The notes: generated from the sequence alone by a model not told the origin. A DNA stretch of 64,000 nt from Candidatus Thorarchaeota archaeon (GCA_020348985.1 CP070761.1:1790931-1854930), one strand, 5' to 3'; counted from the first letter of the stretch, positions 9,724-20,716 are shown. Program-made: numbers and translations.

Positions 9724-11613
9724 TCATAGTTTGAGCTTGAACACATACTCATCATCCTCAAGACTCAGGTGACTCTCGATTATCTGGCCGTACTTCATCA
9801 GGAATCGAATCATGGGCTGATTCTGGGGATGGACGATTGCAAGAAACGTGCCTATTCCCTTGCTCTTTGCTATCTTCACTAGATGTTCGAAGATGAATCT
9901 CCCTACTCCCATTCCCTGGAACTCATCTTTTACGAGTAAGGCGAATTCAGCTTCGTTTGTGCTTCTGTTAAGAAGGAACCTTCCCGCACCGATGATTCTC
10001 TCTGATGCGTCCTCCTCGTCCGGCTCAACTACTGCTACTATCGAGACATCCCTGTCTGCGTCCACGTCATAGAAATCCTGCAATGTACTCCTAGGAATGG
10101 CTCTCAAGGGGGCCAAGAATCGGAAGTAGACACTCTCTTCAGACAGGTCATAGAAGAGGTCCTTTATTCTGTCTGAATCATCAGGACGAGTCAATCGTAA
10201 GAGAACCCTCACACTCCCGTCCTCTGCTTTGAAGGTAGCACTGCTCTCATACTCTATAGGGAAGTACGTCTCTCTGACTTGGAATGGAACCTGGTCCTCG
10301 AAAACATAGTGCATCGTCTTTGCGGCTTCGAGCAACTCGTTTCTGAACTTGGGATGTGCAATTGCAATTAGCGAAAGGACCCTTTCTCTGATTGTCTTCC
10401 CATGCAGGATTGCTAACCCATACTCGGTAATCACCACGTCTACATCGCCTCTCGTTGTAACAACACCTGCACCCTCACTCAAACGAGGAACTATTCTCGA
10501 GACCTCCCCGTCCATAGCAGTCGAGAGCATGGTAATGATAGCCTTGCCTCCTTGCGAACGTGATGCCCCTCTAATGAAATCGACCTGACCGCCAATTCCA
10601 CTATAGAACTTGTGACCAATTGAATCGGCACATACCTGACCCGTCAAATCTATCTCAAGAGCAGAATTGATTGCTATCATCTTCTTGTTCTGGCCTATCA
10701 CATGGGGGTCATTGACATATGCAGTGTCGTGAAAGTGAAACATTGGATTATCATAGACATAGTCGTACAGCTTCTTTGTACCCATGGCGAATGAAGCAAT
10801 TACTTTGTCCTTGTGGAGGCTCTTCTTCCGATTTGTCACAACTTCATTCTCTATCAGAGGGATTAGACTGTCGCTAAACATCTCAGTGTGGACCCCGAGA
10901 TCCTTGACTCCGGTCTCAAGAAGATTCGTTGCTACAGCCTGTGGCAGAGCACCAATCCCTAGTTCAAGAGTTGATTCGTTCTCAATCAATCTGGCTACGT
11001 AACTGCCTATCCTGTCTATTGTCTCATCAACATCCACAGAGTGGTACTCACGGAGTGGTTCATTGTGAGGGACCAAGTAGTCAATGTCCTTGACACTGAA
11101 GAACGAGTCTCCATGAGTCAGGGGCATTCTCTCATTAACCTGAGCTACCACAAGATCCGCACTCTCGGCGCCCGCTTTTGTGATATCAACTGAGATTCCA
11201 AGTGAGCAGTATCCATGCCGATCAGGGGGACTTACTTGTATCAATGCAACATCAAGAGGCATCCTCTTTGTTCTGAACAGACGAGGTATATCACTAAGCA
11301 TGATGGGAGAATAGTCTGCCCGACCTTCCGATACGGCTTCGCGGATGTTCTCTGAAACAAAGAATGTGTTGTGCCTGAAGTGTGCCTGAAACTCAGGTTC
11401 GGCGGAAGGAGTGTCGCCGAGCGTGAGAAGGTGCACAATTTCATTGTCGGCCATTTCTCCAGCATGCTTGGCCAGCTCATGAACAAGGTGATACGGGACT
11501 CCACAACCAGTCCCCAGAAAGATCCTGCTGCCTCGTTTTATCTTCTTGATAGCAGACGATCCATTCAACACCTTTCTCTTGTACTTCTCCGTCCATTCAA
11601 CCTCAGTCATCAA
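9724..11613 (-). CDS. Acetyl-CoA hydrolase/family I CoA-transferase fused to a C-terminal Pat-like GNAT domain (paralog A)
   Basis: Colinear with 7752-9641: LGVHTEM, GIGGQVDFIRGA, AEFALLVKDEFQGMGVG. Confidence 0.9.
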   Translation of the reverse strand: MMTEVEWTEKYKRKVLNGSSAIKKIKRGSRIFLGTGCGVPYHLVHELAKHAGEMADNEIVHLLTLGDTPSAEPEFQAHFRHNTFFVSENIREAVSEGRADYSPIMLSDIPRLFRTKRMPLDVALIQVSPPDRHGYCSLGISVDITKAGAESADLVVAQVNERMPLTHGDSFFSVKDIDYLVPHNEPLREYHSVDVDETIDRIGSYVARLIENESTLELGIGALPQAVATNLLETGVKDLGVHTEMFSDSLIPLIENEVVTNRKKSLHKDKVIASFAMGTKKLYDYVYDNPMFHFHDTAYVNDPHVIGQNKKMIAINSALEIDLTGQVCADSIGHKFYSGIGGQVDFIRGASRSQGGKAIITMLSTAMDGEVSRIVPRLSEGAGVVTTRGDVDVVITEYGLAILHGKTIRERVLSLIAIAHPKFRNELLEAAKTMHYVFEDQVPFQVRETYFPIEYESSATFKAEDGSVRVLLRLTRPDDSDRIKDLFYDLSEESVYFRFLAPLRAIPRSTLQDFYDVDADRDVSIVAVVEPDEEDASERIIGAGRFLLNRSTNEAEFALLVKDEFQGMGVGRFIFEHLVKIAKSKGIGTFLAIVHPQNQPMIRFLMKYGQIIESHLSLEDDEYVFKLKL

Positions 11614-11763
11614 ATGACCCTCAGTGCGATTGACTGTCGTCCCTTGAGCTTCATAAAGCGTTTTACTTTCTGTTTCGAATCCAAAATGTTCCTGCTTTAG
11701 GAAATGCTTTAAGCGACAATACTTGGCCCGCGGCTAGACTCGACAATCAGTCTGAACTTTCAG

Positions 11764-13071
11764 GTGACGACCGCAATGTCCGAATACGTTGGAAATCGCT
11801 ATCTTGTAATCGTTGGAGCCATCATTGTCCAGCTCTGCCTGGGAAGTATCTATGCATGGTCCTTTTTCCAGACTGCCCTACGTGAGAGCTCTGGAGCCTA
11901 TGGTTGGCTTTCTCTTTGGACACAACTACCGTTTGCGGCTGGTCTTGCTTCATTTGCTCTGTTTATGATCTTCGCAGGAAGATGGCAGGACAATGTTGGT
12001 CCTAGGAAAGTCGCTACATTCGGCGGGGCTCTCCTAGGTCTTGGCTACATTCTAGCTTGGCTAGTCGATATTGTCGCAGCTGGTGATGCTCTCATCGGCA
12101 CGATCTGGCTTATCATAACTTATGGAATCATAGGCGGTGCAGGCATCGGTTTCGCATATGTATGCCCCATCGCAGCACTTGTCAAGTGGTTCCCTGACAA
12201 GAAGGGGGCAATCACTGGAATTGCAGTGGCCGGGTTTGGTGGAGGTGCTCTTGCATTTGGTTATGTTGAGCAGTTCCTCCTTGATCTTTACAACGTACCA
12301 AGTGTTGGGCAAATTGGAATGCCTTTCCTGATTCTGGGTGTGACTTATCTCATTCTAGTTGTGCTAGGTTCACAGGTCTTGACGAATCCTCCAGAGGGCT
12401 GGCTACCTCCGGGATATACTCCGCCAGTGACAACTGCTGACGGAAAGGGCATTGAAATAATGCCTGGGGAGATGATAAGGGACCGTAGATTCTGGTTGCT
12501 CTGGATCATGTTCGTTTTTGCTGCCACTGCAGGCCTCATGACTCTAGGCAATGTGAAGACTGCTTCAATACTGATTGACCCGCTCACCAACGCTGTGATT
12601 CTCGTTGGAATTATGAGTTTGCTCAATGCAGCGGGCCGCATTGTCTGGGGTGCAGTCTCTGACAAGCTAGGCCGCGAAAACACTATGGGAATGATGTTCT
12701 TAGTGTTGGCACTGGCAATGTTTGCATTCGCCGCGGTTTCCACACCGGGTGCTGTCAGCTGGTATGCAGTTATGGGCATTGCAAGCTTGATTGGTTTCTG
12801 CTTTGGTGGCAACTTTGCTCTATTCCCATCTGCAACTGCAGATTTCTGGGGATCAAAGAATGTTGGCAAGAACTACGGAGTCATGTTTACAGCCTACGGC
12901 ATAGCAGGCATTCTTGGTGGGTTGGTTGCTGGCTCTTTCGTTGACTTCACGGGGAGCTACTTCCTGGCATTTGTGACAACTGGCGTTCTGGCGATCGTTG
13001 CACTAGTGCTCGTTCTTGTACTCAAGACCGTTGTCAAAAAGAACCTCATTTCAACGACTGCAGTCGAATAG
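11764..13071 (+). CDS. OFA (oxalate:formate antiporter)/monocarboxylate family MFS transporter
   Basis: QLCLGSIYAWS, AGRWQDNVGPR, KWFPDKKG, GRIVWGAVSDKLGR, GGNFALFP, 12 TM. Confidence 0.9.
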   Translation: MTTAMSEYVGNRYLVIVGAIIVQLCLGSIYAWSFFQTALRESSGAYGWLSLWTQLPFAAGLASFALFMIFAGRWQDNVGPRKVATFGGALLGLGYILAWLVDIVAAGDALIGTIWLIITYGIIGGAGIGFAYVCPIAALVKWFPDKKGAITGIAVAGFGGGALAFGYVEQFLLDLYNVPSVGQIGMPFLILGVTYLILVVLGSQVLTNPPEGWLPPGYTPPVTTADGKGIEIMPGEMIRDRRFWLLWIMFVFAATAGLMTLGNVKTASILIDPLTNAVILVGIMSLLNAAGRIVWGAVSDKLGRENTMGMMFLVLALAMFAFAAVSTPGAVSWYAVMGIASLIGFCFGGNFALFPSATADFWGSKNVGKNYGVMFTAYGIAGILGGLVAGSFVDFTGSYFLAFVTTGVLAIVALVLVLVLKTVVKKNLISTTAVE

Positions 13072-13086
13072 ACGCGAAAGACAAGA

Positions 13087-13126
13087 GGCAAGGATGTGAG
13101 AATCCTTGCCTTCCATCCTTTGTTCT
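13087..13126 (+). terminator. Hairpin plus pyrimidine tract downstream of the MFS gene
   Basis: GGCAAGGAT-gtgaga-ATCCTTGCC followed by a T/C-rich run. Confidence 0.5.
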
Positions 13127-13232
13127 TAAATCATCTTCTTCACAAGGGGCGGCCAAAATCATTGTGCTTTCACTGTACTCAACGATAATCCGAAAAATAT
13201 GACTCCTTCTGTTGAGTATGGAATGACTGATT

Positions 13233-13757
13233 GTGATGATGGAATCTGATATCGAGCTCCGAGATGGCAGAGTGGTCACTCTTAGAAGTCTGAAGGCGGA
13301 CGACAAGAATGGCTTGGTCTCCATGTTTTCTTCTATGACTAATGCCGCACTTGAATGGGGAATGCCGCCTTACACCGAAGAAGTTGTAGAACGCTGGATC
13401 GCATCCATTCAGTCTTTGATCTCTCTTGTGGCCATATACGACAATCAGATTGTAGGTTATTCAGCAATATTCAAACATAGCCATCCCAGAAGATTAGGCA
13501 TCGGTGAAATGGGAATCTACATTCACCAAGACTTTCACGGGGTTGGACTCGGAACTCTGATGACAAACAAAGTGGTTACAGTTGCAGTGGAACAAGGCCT
13601 TCATCGATTGAGTCTTGAGGTTGTAGAAGACAACGAAGCAGCTGTAAAGCTCTACAAGAAATCGGGGTTCCTATTGGAGGGTACGATGAAAGATGCTTAT
13701 TTTGGAGAAGACAAGAAATACCACAACACGCTCATAATGAGCAGAATTCTATCCTAG
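13233..13757 (+). CDS. GNAT family N-acetyltransferase (YhhY/RimJ-like)
   Basis: GIYIHQDFHGVGLG, LSLEVVEDNEAAVKLYKKSGF.EG. Confidence 0.88.
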   Translation: MMMESDIELRDGRVVTLRSLKADDKNGLVSMFSSMTNAALEWGMPPYTEEVVERWIASIQSLISLVAIYDNQIVGYSAIFKHSHPRRLGIGEMGIYIHQDFHGVGLGTLMTNKVVTVAVEQGLHRLSLEVVEDNEAAVKLYKKSGFLLEGTMKDAYFGEDKKYHNTLIMSRILS

Positions 13758-13836
13758 TATGGACCTCTCTCGAATGTACTAAAGTCTCGCATGTCTTATA
13801 TTGAAACCATGAGATGTCGACAGTAGCGGGTTTACG

Positions 13837-14115
13837 ATGTACAAGTGGACGGCTTCTTTATTTCTTTGCGAACTAGGATTTGCGATTTGTTCCTTAGGTG
13901 GCTGTTTCGTAAGATCAGTCTATGGCACTCCTTACCTCCTCAGCGTCGCAAACATCGTTGTTGCCATAGGCATTTTGGGTGCCTTTCTTTTCGTTTATCT
14001 CGCCTACTACATCATCACTTACAGAGATAGTCTCTTCTTTAGCCCAGAAGAACTGGAGTTCAATGCCGCAGCGCTGGAAGCGGGCCTCGACTGGAACGGC
14101 CTAGAAGCAGCTTGA
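13837..14115 (+). CDS. Small membrane protein, unknown function
   Basis: 92 aa, two hydrophobic segments, fills the intergenic space. Confidence 0.5.
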   Translation: MYKWTASLFLCELGFAICSLGGCFVRSVYGTPYLLSVANIVVAIGILGAFLFVYLAYYIITYRDSLFFSPEELEFNAAALEAGLDWNGLEAA

Positions 14116-14228
14116 TAGTATCCAATTTCTCCTGATTGTTCTCGATGATTTATGTCGTCATTAGACAAGGTTCATATAGTCAGTTTTCAGGCGGGGCGCT
14201 CGTATCGATACAAATTCGGGTGACAAAT

Positions 14229-16217
14229 TTGTCTGAGGAAAAGATCACTGTTACTTCTACTGAAGGGAGAAAGTTCGATCCTCCCCAGAGCTTCATCGAC
14301 AAAGCTTACGTGAAGTCTGCTGAAGAGCAGAGGAAGCTTTGGAGGGGGTCGCTCGACAATTCCGATGAATTCTGGCTAAAGACGGCAAAGGAGCTTTGCT
14401 ACTGGAAGAAAGAACCGACTGAGGGCTTCAAATGGACAGACATGTCCAAAATCAAGTTTACATGGTTTGCTGACGGCGTTACCAACATGGCCTACAACTG
14501 CACCGACAAGTGGGTTGAGGCCGGGCGCGGTGACCAGCTGGCTTTGATTTGGCAGGGTGAGCCCGAAGATGATGTAGTCAAGTATACCTACAGGGAACTG
14601 CGCGACGAAGTTAACAAAGCAGCTAGCGTTCTCAAGAATCTCGGTGTGGGGAAGGGTGACCGTGTAGCCATCTACTTGCCCATGATTCCTGAGCTTGCTA
14701 TCGTCATGCTTGCTTGTACACGAATTGGTGCAGTTCACTCAATTGTCTTCGGTGCATTTGGAGGAGATGCGCTAAGGGATAGGATTGACGACTGCGATGC
14801 CAAGCTGCTTGTTACCGCTGATGGCTCATTCAGGCGAGGGAAGGTCTTCCCGCTCAAGCACAATGCAGATGCGGCATTGGAGGAAGCCCCAACTATCGAG
14901 AAGGTGCTTGTTGTTCAGAGAACCAAAGTCGACATCAGCTGGACCCAAGGACGAGACTTCTGGTATCATGATGAAATGGCGAAAGTCGGACCCGAGATTG
15001 AGACTGAGTGGCTGAATGCAGAGGATCCACTGTTCATTCTTTACACATCTGGATCAACTGGCAAGCCGAAGGGAGTTCTTCACACAACCGGCGGCTACAT
15101 GGTCTACACGACTAGCACATTCCTGAACATCTTCGACTGGCATCCTGGTGATGTCTACTGGTGCACAGCTGACATTGGCTGGATCACCGGTCATAGTTAC
15201 ATTGTATATGGTCCTCTCAGTGCCGGTTCGACGACTTTGATGTTTGAGGGTGTGCCAACTTGGCCTGATAACAGCCGTTTCTGGCAAGTCTGCGAGAAAT
15301 ACAAGGTCAACCAGTTCTATACAGCCCCAACCGCTATCCGAGCGCTCATGAAGTTCGGTGAAGAACCCGTCAAGAAACACGATTTATCCACACTCAATCT
15401 GCTGGGAACTGTGGGTGAACCTATCAACCCAGCCGCGTGGGAGTGGTACCACAGAGTAATCGGTAATGAGAACTGTCCTATTGTGGACACTTATTGGCAA
15501 ACTGAAACAGGCGGAGTAATCATGACTCCCTTGCCTGGTGCAACTCCGACCAAGCCTGGCTCATGCACGAGACCATACTTCGGCATAGATCCGATCATTG
15601 TCGATGAAACCGGGACTCCTGTTGGAGAGAACGAGGGCGGCTATCTTTGCATTCGTCGTCCCTGGCCCGGCCTCATGCGAACCGTATACGGTGACCATGA
15701 CAGATTTGTGAACACATACTGGGTGCAATTCAAGGACCCAGACACTGGAGACCCGATGTACATGACAGGTGACGGTTCAAGATTCGACGAAGACGAGTAC
15801 TTCTGGGTGATGGGTCGTCTTGACGACGTTCTCAAAGTTAGCGGACATCGTCTAGGAACTGCAGAAATTGAGTCAGCACTCGTATCGCATGCAACAGTTG
15901 CAGAATGTGCAGTCGTTGGTTTTCCGCACGAAATCAAGGGTGAGGACATCTACGTGTTTGCAACACTGAGGACTGGTGTGGAGAAGACCGACGAGCTGAA
16001 AGAGGAACTTAAGCGCCATGTGCGTGCTGAAATAGGCCCAATCGCCACTCCTGCGAAGATTCAGTTCGCAGATGCTCTACCCAAGACTCGATCAGGTAAG
16101 ATTATGCGCCGAATCCTGAAGCGCATTGCCGCAGGTCAGATTGACGATTTAGGTGACACAACCACACTTGCTGACCCGACAGTCGTTGAAACGCTTGTCA
16201 GGGAACGCATCGAGTAA
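14229..16217 (+). CDS. acs: Acetyl-CoA synthetase (AMP-forming)
   Basis: [53 protein letters not shown] (acetylatable Lys); TTG start after GGGTGA. Confidence 0.95.
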   Translation: MSEEKITVTSTEGRKFDPPQSFIDKAYVKSAEEQRKLWRGSLDNSDEFWLKTAKELCYWKKEPTEGFKWTDMSKIKFTWFADGVTNMAYNCTDKWVEAGRGDQLALIWQGEPEDDVVKYTYRELRDEVNKAASVLKNLGVGKGDRVAIYLPMIPELAIVMLACTRIGAVHSIVFGAFGGDALRDRIDDCDAKLLVTADGSFRRGKVFPLKHNADAALEEAPTIEKVLVVQRTKVDISWTQGRDFWYHDEMAKVGPEIETEWLNAEDPLFILYTSGSTGKPKGVLHTTGGYMVYTTSTFLNIFDWHPGDVYWCTADIGWITGHSYIVYGPLSAGSTTLMFEGVPTWPDNSRFWQVCEKYKVNQFYTAPTAIRALMKFGEEPVKKHDLSTLNLLGTVGEPINPAAWEWYHRVIGNENCPIVDTYWQTETGGVIMTPLPGATPTKPGSCTRPYFGIDPIIVDETGTPVGENEGGYLCIRRPWPGLMRTVYGDHDRFVNTYWVQFKDPDTGDPMYMTGDGSRFDEDEYFWVMGRLDDVLKVSGHRLGTAEIESALVSHATVAECAVVGFPHEIKGEDIYVFATLRTGVEKTDELKEELKRHVRAEIGPIATPAKIQFADALPKTRSGKIMRRILKRIAAGQIDDLGDTTTLADPTVVETLVRERIE

Positions 16218-16231
16218 TTCGATTATTTCGA

Positions 16232-16272
16232 TGGGGGCGGCCACAAGGCCCCCTCCTGTTTCTGTTTTCTGT
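16232..16272 (+). terminator. Hairpin/T-rich terminator after acs
   Basis: GGGGGCGGCC-acaa-GGCCCCCTCC followed by tgtttctgttttct. Confidence 0.55.
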
Positions 16273-16346
16273 CTCTTGATTGCATACTTCCTGCACACAC
16301 GGCCCCTGCCAGAAAGCATATTGACAATGGCTTACATGAAGTCAAT

Positions 16347-17321
16347 GTGATAGGAATGCCTTCAGGAGTTGCCGTTCCGAAAGCTGTTGACGAGGTAAGA
16401 ATCACTCTTGTGATGGACAATCTCACCGACCTAACGCAACACGACACCGATGTCGCTAAGAGATTGCACTATGGGACTGATCCGTTCACTCCTTCCGATC
16501 GACCACCTGTGCTTATAGCCGAGCATGGGTTCTCAGCCTTTGTTCTCGCTAGACGCGGCTCAGAACAGGGCAACGTACTCTTCGATTCTGGAATCAGTGT
16601 CGATGGTGTCATGCACAATCTTGATGTTATGCAGATTGGAGTTGACACGTTTAGTGCCATCGTTCTCAGCCACGGTCACGCTGATCACGCCAATGGCCTG
16701 ATTGGAATAGGGCGGAGGACGGGGAGAAAAGGACTGCCTCTGCTTCTGCATCCTGATTCCTTCCTTCACAGGAAACTGATTCTACCCACCGGGATCGAGG
16801 TGAAGATGCCCTCCCCTTCTAGGACAAGTATTCAGGACAACAACATCGAAGTAATAGAAGAAACCGGGCCGTCTTTTCTCTTGGATGAGACAATGTTGGT
16901 CTCAGGTGAAGTGCCAAGAGAATCATCGTTTGAAACTGGTCTTCCATACCATTACGCAGAACGGAATGGTGCCTGGGAACCAGATCCTCAAGTGAACGAT
17001 GACCAGTGCATTGTCCTTAACGTGCGCGGAAGGGGACTTGTGATTCTCACTGGCTGTGGTCATGCAGGCATCATAAACACAATCAGGAATGCGCAAGAAT
17101 TGACTGAAGAGAAGAAAGTCTACGCGGTGATTGGGGGATTCCATCTAGGAGGCAAGTACTTCGAAAACATAATCCCACAGACTGTTGCAGAACTCAAGAA
17201 AATCAATCCTAAGTATATCATACCTGCCCATTGCACTGGATGGAATGCAAAGTTCCAGATCGCCAAAGCAATGCCAGAATCATTTGTTGAGGGCAGTGTA
17301 GGTACTACTCTAGTTCTCTAG
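16347..17321 (+). CDS. MBL-fold metallohydrolase (DHPS-like subfamily)
   Basis: AEHGFS, LFDSG, LSHGHADHANGL, TGCGHAG, IGGFHL, PAHCTG. Confidence 0.85.
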   Translation: MIGMPSGVAVPKAVDEVRITLVMDNLTDLTQHDTDVAKRLHYGTDPFTPSDRPPVLIAEHGFSAFVLARRGSEQGNVLFDSGISVDGVMHNLDVMQIGVDTFSAIVLSHGHADHANGLIGIGRRTGRKGLPLLLHPDSFLHRKLILPTGIEVKMPSPSRTSIQDNNIEVIEETGPSFLLDETMLVSGEVPRESSFETGLPYHYAERNGAWEPDPQVNDDQCIVLNVRGRGLVILTGCGHAGIINTIRNAQELTEEKKVYAVIGGFHLGGKYFENIIPQTVAELKKINPKYIIPAHCTGWNAKFQIAKAMPESFVEGSVGTTLVL

Positions 17322-17417
17322 CCGATCTGTGCGCTGGTCACAGATATCATACTGTATACAATCTTCTCATTGTAGAATTCAACTGACTCTCCAACCTCCG
17401 TCTTGCCCAGAACAGAC

Positions 17418-17768
17418 TCAATTAGTTCCTGCATACCCACCTGTCTTTGCAGTCCAGAAGAATAGACTTGACGGACCCTCTGGAAGTAGCCATGCAAGCA
17501 ATCCCACAAAGGACATGCAGATGCCAGCGAGAAACGGATAAAATGCATAACCAGAGAACGTACTGTAGATGTAAGAGGAGCCTGCGAAGGCTGCTGCGAA
17601 AGAGACTAGAAGAGTAAAGATGATTGATGTGCCTGTGAGGATGCCTCCGGCAATTGCAAGCAATCTTCCGTATCTGCGTCTCCGATTCGGCTTTTCTCTT
17701 TCTGCCACGATTATCAAGTGAATATCCGTGATTCTTGAGATAAGGTTTGTCACCTGGGTTGCCTCCAT
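17418..17768 (-). CDS. Small two-TM membrane protein
   Basis: Two hydrophobic helices after a basic RRRR stretch; start uncertain. Confidence 0.5.
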   Translation of the reverse strand: MEATQVTNLISRITDIHLIIVAEREKPNRRRRYGRLLAIAGGILTGTSIIFTLLVSFAAAFAGSSYIYSTFSGYAFYPFLAGICMSFVGLLAWLLPEGPSSLFFWTAKTGGYAGTN

Positions 17769-17823
17769 ACGTGACTGTATCCAAATCCGGTTTCGATTGA
17801 GTTAAGTTGGCTTTGACAACCAG

Positions 17824-18339
17824 ATGACAGAAGGAGACAGGACTTTGACTGGCGTGGGCAGTCGGAATGATGATATTACAAAGGAAGGACTGTGGGAACG
17901 GATCTGCGCCATCCGAGCTAACTGGGGTGATCAAGCGAAGCTTAGAGAGCTGCTGGATGAGTGGGATAGGGATTTTGGTTCCGAATACGACGACAAGACC
18001 TTGGAAGCCCTGGCGGAGAATGTTCGAAAGAACGCTGCTGCCTGGGCCAAACAAGAAGGTATCTCAACCCCTGAGGATATTGTGCGCAGTATGTGGGAAG
18101 GTTGGACTGAGGGGGAGTTCACGATTGATCGAACCGATGCCGGGATTCAGATAAGATGCACAAAGTGTCCCATCGCAGATTCGTATCTAGCCATTGACAA
18201 AGCAGAAGCTGGCCTATTGTTTCAGTGCAGCGAGGACCCCTACATTGTTGAAGGAACCAATCCCAATATGAATTTTCGAAGGACTAAGACACTTATGGCC
18301 GGCGATGATTGCTGTGATCATTTCTACTCAATGGACTAG
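17824..18339 (+). CDS. ATC-hydrolase/V4R-like family protein
   Basis: CTKCPIA...FQCSEDP...FRRTKTLMAGDDCCDH signature. Confidence 0.8.
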   Translation: MTEGDRTLTGVGSRNDDITKEGLWERICAIRANWGDQAKLRELLDEWDRDFGSEYDDKTLEALAENVRKNAAAWAKQEGISTPEDIVRSMWEGWTEGEFTIDRTDAGIQIRCTKCPIADSYLAIDKAEAGLLFQCSEDPYIVEGTNPNMNFRRTKTLMAGDDCCDHFYSMD

Positions 18340-18351
18340 CACAAAACAGTT

Positions 18352-18948
18352 TCAGATTTTCCTTGCAGAGACAACGTAGGCCTTTGCACCTTTTTCATGA
18401 ATCCTCGATTCAATTAGCGTGTCACGTATGTACGCGATATCGAAAGATGCAGAGAGACTATCTCTGATTTCAGACTTAGTCACCCTCCTTGGACCTCTCC
18501 CGGGCGGCTCTTTTTCAGAGAAACATAGCATGTAGTATCCTCCACCGCCAAGCAGAACTGTAGATATCTGTCGGATGTATCTGGGAACGTCCTCAATTGA
18601 CACAGTATGATACAAGGCCGAATCGACCACCGATTCAAACTCGCCTTCACCAAAGTACTCTTCCAATTCGAAAACATCTCCGAGGAAGAATTCAACGTAG
18701 ACATCGTGCTTTTCTGCCCGCCTCCTAGCAATCTCCACCGCTTCAGGTGTAAAATCAATTCCCAAAACTGAGAACCCCTGTTCGGCCAAGTAAATCGAGT
18801 TCTCTCCCGCTCCACACCCAACGTCAAGAACGCGATTCCCTATAATCTCTCTTCTCTTAACAAGCTCCACTATGGCCCGCTGTGGATGGCAAACGTCCCA
18901 TGGAGCTTCGTTTGCATAAAAGTCACTCCAGCTAGTCAGAAGATTCAC
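18352..18948 (-). CDS. Class I SAM-dependent methyltransferase (TPMT/TehB-like)
   Basis: APWD, VLDVGCGAGEN, GIDFTPEAV, VVDSALYH; start uncertain. Confidence 0.85.
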   Translation of the reverse strand: MNLLTSWSDFYANEAPWDVCHPQRAIVELVKRREIIGNRVLDVGCGAGENSIYLAEQGFSVLGIDFTPEAVEIARRRAEKHDVYVEFFLGDVFELEEYFGEGEFESVVDSALYHTVSIEDVPRYIRQISTVLLGGGGYYMLCFSEKEPPGRGPRRVTKSEIRDSLSASFDIAYIRDTLIESRIHEKGAKAYVVSARKI

Positions 18949-19032
18949 CGCCCCAATCTTGGTAACTATAGTTAAGCAATCTTTGGATACTGGCAAAGAC
19001 ACAGCTTGTTTTTCAAATCCAAAGAAAGCAAA

Positions 19033-19335
19033 TCAGCTCTTCTTTCTCGTTCTCTTGGTCGCCGTTATCTTCAGGACCACGCCGGCATCGGTGGGATCAG
19101 GACACCGCACAAACTCTGTCGACACACCATCTTTGTTGATAATCTTCTCATAGGGTGTTCCTTTGTAACTCCACCCCAATCTTCCGTCATATCTCAAGAC
19201 CTTAATCATAGGTCTGGCACTGGCCAACAGCCAAGGGCACACTTTCCCGCTATCGGCAGGATACTTGAACTTCTGACCCAACTTATGACGGCTGCATCTC
19301 TCTCCTTCGAAGATTTCGAGTACGATGTCTCTCAT
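19033..19335 (-). CDS. Small Cys-containing protein (TIGR04076-like)
   Basis: C..HKLGQKF...VCPWL...FVRCPDP pattern. Confidence 0.65.
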   Translation of the reverse strand: MRDIVLEIFEGERCSRHKLGQKFKYPADSGKVCPWLLASARPMIKVLRYDGRLGWSYKGTPYEKIINKDGVSTEFVRCPDPTDAGVVLKITATKRTRKKS

Positions 19336-19432
19336 TCCTGTACCTCAGCTTGCGCTATCGAAGGTCGCGAATGTATGGGCACCTATAGCGGTTGTCCTGC
19401 ACGCAAGCAGTCATATGGCAACATAGAATAGT

Positions 19433-19696
19433 GTGATGAATTCGTCCCGCTTTGTGCAAAGCATGAGCGACCAAGGAACCTTGTCCAAAAAACCCATAGG
19501 AACGATTCTCAGTGTTGCTATATTCATTGTCTGGGTCTTTGTAGACTTGTACTGGTTCTTGCCACTCCGACCTGTAATCGAGTATCCTGTTTTCGAATTG
19601 CTTGCGTATGGTTCATGGGTCGTTATAATCATAGTCATCTTCATGATAATCTCATGGGCAAGACTAATCCCAGAACGAAAGACGTCAACGGAATGA
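19433..19696 (+). CDS. Small two-TM membrane protein
   Basis: Two strongly hydrophobic segments; start may be ATG 19463. Confidence 0.5.
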   Translation: MMNSSRFVQSMSDQGTLSKKPIGTILSVAIFIVWVFVDLYWFLPLRPVIEYPVFELLAYGSWVVIIIVIFMIISWARLIPERKTSTE

Positions 19697-19802
19697 TCTC
19701 ATCAATCACTCAAATTCGTGAGTGCATATAGCGACTGGCTCACATCATCCGAGCTGACAGTTCTAAAGGCATCGGAACGTCGTCTCCTGTGGAGAATTCA
19801 AC

Positions 19803-20648
19803 ATGAAGTATGGCATAGACATGCCTATCCCTCCTGTGAGCGGCCAGGTTGAAATCACAACAGTGGTTGATTGGGCTGTTGAGGCTGAGGAGGCTGGATG
19901 GGATGCATTTTCTGTTTGGGATCATCTGCTCATGTGGTATCCCGAGGACCACGAGGTCTTTGATCCCTGGATAGTAAGAGCGGCAATTGCGGTCAAGACC
20001 AAGTCGATTAAGATTGCCTCAAACATTACTCCCTTGGCACGAAGGCGGCCCTGGAAAGTTGCACGAGAATCCGTTTCTCTTGATCATCTTTCGAATGGCA
20101 GAGTGATAATGGGTGTCGGACTTGGAGCACCTCCAGAAGAATTTGACGCGTTTGGTGAAGAAGCCAATCCGAAGATTCGAGCTGAAAAGCTCGATGAAGC
20201 AATGGAGATTCTTACTGGTCTGTGGTCCGGAGAACCTGTTTCTTTCAAGGGGAAGCACTTCAATCTCAAGGAAGTGACCTTCCGACCACGTCCTGTCCAA
20301 AAGCCACGGATTCCCATATGGGTAGGCGGCGCGTGGCCAAACAAGAATCCCTTCAGGAGGGCAGCTCGATACGATGGAGTGGTTCCAACACGAGAATGGC
20401 CCGATTTCCTTTCTCCGGAAGACCTTCGAGAAGTGCTTACACTAATTGAGGGATATCGTGGCAACCTAAAGGATTTCGATGCTGCAGTCTTCGGCCAGAC
20501 AACTGGTGTTGACAAGACCGAAGATAGGTTAACCATTGAATCTTGGATCGAATCTGGCGCCACGTGGTGGTTTGAAATGATTAATGGGTGGAGAGCGAAG
20601 CCAAAAGAGCTCCTAGAACGAATTCGAAATGGTCCACCTGAAGTCTAG
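19803..20648 (+). CDS. LLM-class flavin/F420-dependent oxidoreductase
   Basis: AEEAGWD..SVWDH, DPWI, SLDHLSNGRVIMGVGLG, PVQKPRIPIWVGG. Confidence 0.88.
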   Translation: MKYGIDMPIPPVSGQVEITTVVDWAVEAEEAGWDAFSVWDHLLMWYPEDHEVFDPWIVRAAIAVKTKSIKIASNITPLARRRPWKVARESVSLDHLSNGRVIMGVGLGAPPEEFDAFGEEANPKIRAEKLDEAMEILTGLWSGEPVSFKGKHFNLKEVTFRPRPVQKPRIPIWVGGAWPNKNPFRRAARYDGVVPTREWPDFLSPEDLREVLTLIEGYRGNLKDFDAAVFGQTTGVDKTEDRLTIESWIESGATWWFEMINGWRAKPKELLERIRNGPPEV

Positions 20649-20716
20649 GATACAAGAAGACCAATCCATATATCGGTGAGAAACGCAGGAGTACATACAC
20701 GTAGGAAGATAATGAG

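Noticed and set aside
7752-11613. Tandem duplication as an assembly artefact
   Set aside because: The two copies are substantially diverged at DNA and protein level with both frames intact, so they are genuine paralogs.
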